Part shown: piece by piece, positions 56,856 through 59,597 of the stretch
Numbering within the stretch: position 1 is the first letter of the stretch
How the letters are laid out: every line of letters begins with the position of its first letter
From: Thermoplasmatota archaeon
GTDB lineage: Archaea; Thermoplasmatota; E2; DHVEG-1
Length of the DNA stretch: 59,597 nucleotides
Direction of reading: 5' to 3'
NCBI GenBank assembly: GCA_036626215.1
Contig: JAZKSG010000002.1
Coordinates: forward strand, 1-59,597
Notes under the pieces: model-generated
Databases searched by the model: none
Told to the model about the DNA's origin: nothing
The model's input: the letters and a program-made list of their open reading frames with translations, nothing else
Program-made: the position numbers and the translations under genes

Positions 56856-58041
56856 TTAGGGTGTTGAAAAATTAAATTAACTCTCCTGCTTTTCATTTAA
56901 AGCGGGATGCAATAAATGAAAAAACAGAGAGGGGTAACCCTCAGAAAGACCTTGAATATTTTAGATCTTTCTGATGCAAAGGATGTATTAGAAAGCAAGT
57001 ATAAATATACAACGGGTAAACCTGGAAGACCACCAATATCGCCCAAAGGACTCTTTCTATCTTTTCTCATAATGTTTCTAAGAATGGAATCCTACAGAGA
57101 CTACCAAACATTCTTAGAAAAAGACCACTTCTGGCGACGAACACTGGGATTTAAAAAAGTTCCAGATATAGGAACCTTCACCCATTTCCTAAAACGTATA
57201 GGAAAAAACACTTTCGAACAACTATTCCAAAACGTTGTACAACAACTTCTTGATGAAGGTTTTCTAAACCTTCACACCATTGCGATAGATGGAAGCATAA
57301 TACCAGCCCATCCAGATGACCCAGATGCAGAATGGGGATGGGATCATATAGAACAAAAACGTGTCTACGGATACAAAATACATACCAATGGTAGACACCA
57401 CTAGTGAACTACCAGTAGCAATCACAATAACCAAAGCAAAATGTCACGACAGCACACAGTTCAGGCCACTTTACAGAATAGTGAAAGAGTATAATACCCG
57501 TTTTCCCACCCGTTTTTTTCACTGCAGACAAAGGATATGACGCCGGCTATATCAGAAAAACACTACAGAAAGACAACATACAACCAGTTATCAAAGCAGC
57601 ACCTATTCCTTTTGAACCACACTATCCCAGCTGGTTCAAAGATAAATACCGAGAAAGAACTGGTGTCGAACGGTTCTTCTCCCGATTTAAACAACATCCG
57701 GATCTAAAAAAACAAAGAATCATAGGACGTAGAAATGTGGAAATCTACTGCAATATCATCTCTATTGGTATGCTCTTTGTTGGTTTTTTAAACAAACAAA
57801 ATGGTTTTTCACCACGTAGCGTAAAAACCTTTCTGAGAAACTATACCTAAAAACCCAAATGCTGGAAAAAAATGTTTTTCCGAGTTTTTGCTCCAATCTA
57901 TGATAGGAATATTTTCCAAAAATTCTAGAGATGGACAGTTTTTTTTATCTATATTTTGGAAGAATATACCAGAAATTGATTCTAAAGTTTGGAATCAATT
58001 ACAAAAAAATCATTTAGAACTATAATTTTTCAACAAGCTAA
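56856..58041 (+). mobile_element. IS4/IS5-superfamily insertion sequence (1186 bp) with inactivated transposase
   Basis: Terminal inverted repeats TTAGGGTGTTGAAAAATTA (56856-56874) and the reverse complement of 58023-58041, TTAGCTTGTTGAAAAATTA, match at 17 of 19 positions. Perfect 8-bp direct repeats TAAAAGGA flank the element at 56848-56855 and 58042-58049. Confidence 0.8.
56916..57850 (+). pseudogene. DDE transposase (IS5-like) split into three frames
   Basis: Frame 1 ends ...VYGYKIHTNGRHH*. The +1 frame from 57388 reads MVDTTSELPVAITITKAKCHDSTQF.... A third frame from 57521 reads TADKGYDAGYIRK...RTGVERFFSRFK.... The breaks are at CCAATGG (about 57386) and at the T7 run (57513-57519). Confidence 0.75.
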
Positions 58042-58074
58042 TAAAAGGATATCTTATTAAAAATTAGGAATTTA

Positions 58075-58177
58075 GGTACTTAGAAATTAATTGTTGATTT
58101 GAAGTTTTCTCTCCTTAAGCTTGATTTTCAAATCAAAGACCATCTTAAGGAGTATCAACAATTAACTTCGCAGTACC
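58075..58177. mobile_element. MITE-like element (103 bp) with 24-bp terminal inverted repeats and an 8-bp target-site duplication
   Basis: Left TIR is GGTACTTAGAAATTAATTGTTGAT. Right TIR (reverse complement) is GGTACTGCGAAGTTAATTGTTGAT, matching at 21 of 24. Perfect direct repeats GGAATTTA flank it at 58067-58074 and 58178-58185. Internal nested stems: CTCCTTAAG/CTTAAGGAG and TTGATT/AATCAA. Confidence 0.6.
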
Positions 58178-58234
58178 GGAATTTATTTATAAATCCTATA
58201 TTATGTGATTATTAAAATTATTGAGTGATGGGAA

Positions 58235-58582
58235 ATGGTTATATTTATAACAATAGCAATATTTTTCATTATTTCAATTATCCTTGGTATTTTATCTCTT
58301 TTAAAATACTCAAAGACAAAGGAAAAAAATTATCTCTGGATTGGGTTATTGCTAACTTTAGTTATCCCAGGTTTACTAACATATATTTTAATATGGTGGA
58401 TAAACTCACAAACGACTGCTGCCTGTTATGCTCCAACTGTTAATGCTCCTGATGTAAAAATTATAGGTTTATCTATAACTCCTCTTTTCATAAAGCAAAG
58501 AGATAATTTTATCAAAAAATTTGAAGAAAAGGTTCCAAGAGATGTACTTAAAAAAATTAATAAGAAAAAAACTAAACCTTAG
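58235..58582 (+). CDS. Small two-TM membrane protein with a basic tail (hypothetical)
   Basis: Helices VIFITIAIFFIISIILGILSLL and LWIGLLLTLVIPGLLTYILIWW, then a Lys-rich C-terminus. It overlaps the alternative ORF 58225..58443. Support is weak in this T-rich DNA. Confidence 0.35.
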   Translation: MVIFITIAIFFIISIILGILSLLKYSKTKEKNYLWIGLLLTLVIPGLLTYILIWWINSQTTAACYAPTVNAPDVKIIGLSITPLFIKQRDNFIKKFEEKVPRDVLKKINKKKTKP

Positions 58583-59555
58583 GAATTTTATTTTTGAATT
58601 AACTCAAAACTGCAACCAAAATTGCAATTATTGTTACAATGTTTGGAAACACAACGATTATCCAAAAGGAAATTTAGATGTTGATGATTGGAAAAAAATA
58701 GTTTTAAAACTAAAAGAAGAAACAAAAATTAAAAAAATTTCTTTATCTGGGGGAGAACCATTATTATATCCCAGAATATATGAACTTGTTAATTTTATTA
58801 AAGAACAAAACATAGTTATAAATTTACTAACAAATGGTAACTTAATCGATGAAAAAACGGCTGGAAAATTAAAAGACAAAATAGATATTTTTGAAATTCC
58901 CTTAATATCTTATGATAAAAAAATGCATCAGGAATTAAAAGGTGTAGATGATTTTGATAAAGTCATAAATGGCATTGTAAACATAGATAATATTGATGGA
59001 AAAATTATAACTGTTTTTGTTGCAACAAAAAAAAATATATACGATATAAAAAAAACAGTAGAATTTGGGATTGCATTAGGTAGCAAAGGTCTCATGTTTA
59101 ATCGAATTAATCCTGCCTGTAAAGAACACATAGAATTAATGCCTTCTAAAAAGCAAATTTCTGATGCTTTAATATTTTTAAACAATTTTTCAAAAAAATA
59201 TAATTACCCTGTATCTTGCTCGATACCAATGCAACCTTGTATTGTAAATATGGAATACTACCCTAAAATTTCACATGGTTATTGCCCTTCCGGAGATAAA
59301 AGATCATATTATACAATTGACTCAATTGGAAACGTACGTATATGTAACCATTCTCAAACAATCTTAGGTAACATTTTAAATGAATCTTTCTCAAAAATAA
59401 TTGAACATAATTTTGTTGACAAATTCAAAAAAGCAATTCCTAACTATTGTATTTCATGTAAATACTCAAGTGAATGCAGAGGGGGTTGCAAAGCATCAGC
59501 ACAAGTATGTTATAATAACCTATCAGAAGAAGAGCCTTTTTTAAAAGTAAATTGA
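58542..59555 (+). CDS. Radical SAM/SPASM-domain maturase-like protein
   Basis: CNQNCNYC (CxxxCxxC), SGGEPL, and SPASM region CPSGDKRSYYTIDSIGNVRICNH ... CISCKYSSECRGGCKA. Start taken at MYLKKL. Confidence 0.8.
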   Translation: MYLKKLIRKKLNLRNFIFELTQNCNQNCNYCYNVWKHNDYPKGNLDVDDWKKIVLKLKEETKIKKISLSGGEPLLYPRIYELVNFIKEQNIVINLLTNGNLIDEKTAGKLKDKIDIFEIPLISYDKKMHQELKGVDDFDKVINGIVNIDNIDGKIITVFVATKKNIYDIKKTVEFGIALGSKGLMFNRINPACKEHIELMPSKKQISDALIFLNNFSKKYNYPVSCSIPMQPCIVNMEYYPKISHGYCPSGDKRSYYTIDSIGNVRICNHSQTILGNILNESFSKIIEHNFVDKFKKAIPNYCISCKYSSECRGGCKASAQVCYNNLSEEEPFLKVN

Positions 59556-59597
59556 ATCGCCTGAAATCTGCTATCCCAATCGGAGCAAGCTCACGGG

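Noticed and set aside
58225-58443. 72-aa ORF ending in NDCCLLCSNC, considered as a definite RiPP precursor.
   Set aside because: It is kept only as a hypothesis within a finding. The body of the ORF (GNGYIYNNSNIFHYFNYPWYF...) looks like a translation of AT-rich DNA, and it overlaps a more protein-like two-TM ORF.
59556-59597. Relatively GC-rich last 42 nt (ATCGCCTGAAATCTGCTATCCCAATCGGAGCAAGCTCACGGG), considered as the possible start of an RNA gene or repeat.
   Set aside because: It is too short and truncated by the window edge. I could not fold it into a tRNA arm or match it to the CRISPR repeat.

Overview
This is an AT-rich archaeal chromosomal segment. The archaeal assignment rests on TFB, aIF-1A, archaeal-type DnaG, RFC small subunit, MptA, Thi4, Taw3 and pilins with class III signal peptides. 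I call about 60 protein genes, 4 tRNAs, one IS element, one MITE and a 2-repeat CRISPR relic.

Layout:
- 1-2.5 kb: a large secreted C1 protease. It runs off the window edge and is missing from the ORF track.
- 4.7-15.3 kb: a type IV pilus-like locus that also carries a HerA-type ATPase.
- 16-38 kb: mostly housekeeping and metabolic genes.
- 38.8-43.9 kb: a decayed surface/glycosylation island ending at a tRNA-Thr.
- 44-56 kb: housekeeping genes.
- 56.8-59.6 kb: an IS and a MITE, followed by a radical SAM/SPASM gene.

The strongest novel observation is in the RNase HII gene (rnhB). It is split by a 44-nt insert that folds into an almost textbook archaeal bulge-helix-bulge (BHB) splicing motif. 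Removing the insert exactly restores the conserved GVDEAG|RGPVIGP active-site motif, so this is a candidate pre-mRNA intron.

Other leads:
- a CBS-domain protein fused to an HPF/RaiA-like ribosome-hibernation domain;
- a PLP-fold domain that lacks its catalytic lysine, fused to a GNAT domain;
- GC-rich structured intergenic RNAs at 22.19-22.35 kb and 44.9-45.3 kb;
- an orphan mini-CRISPR;
- a 103-bp MITE with 8-bp target-site duplications.

All calls come from reading the sequence and recalling motifs. No database searches were run.
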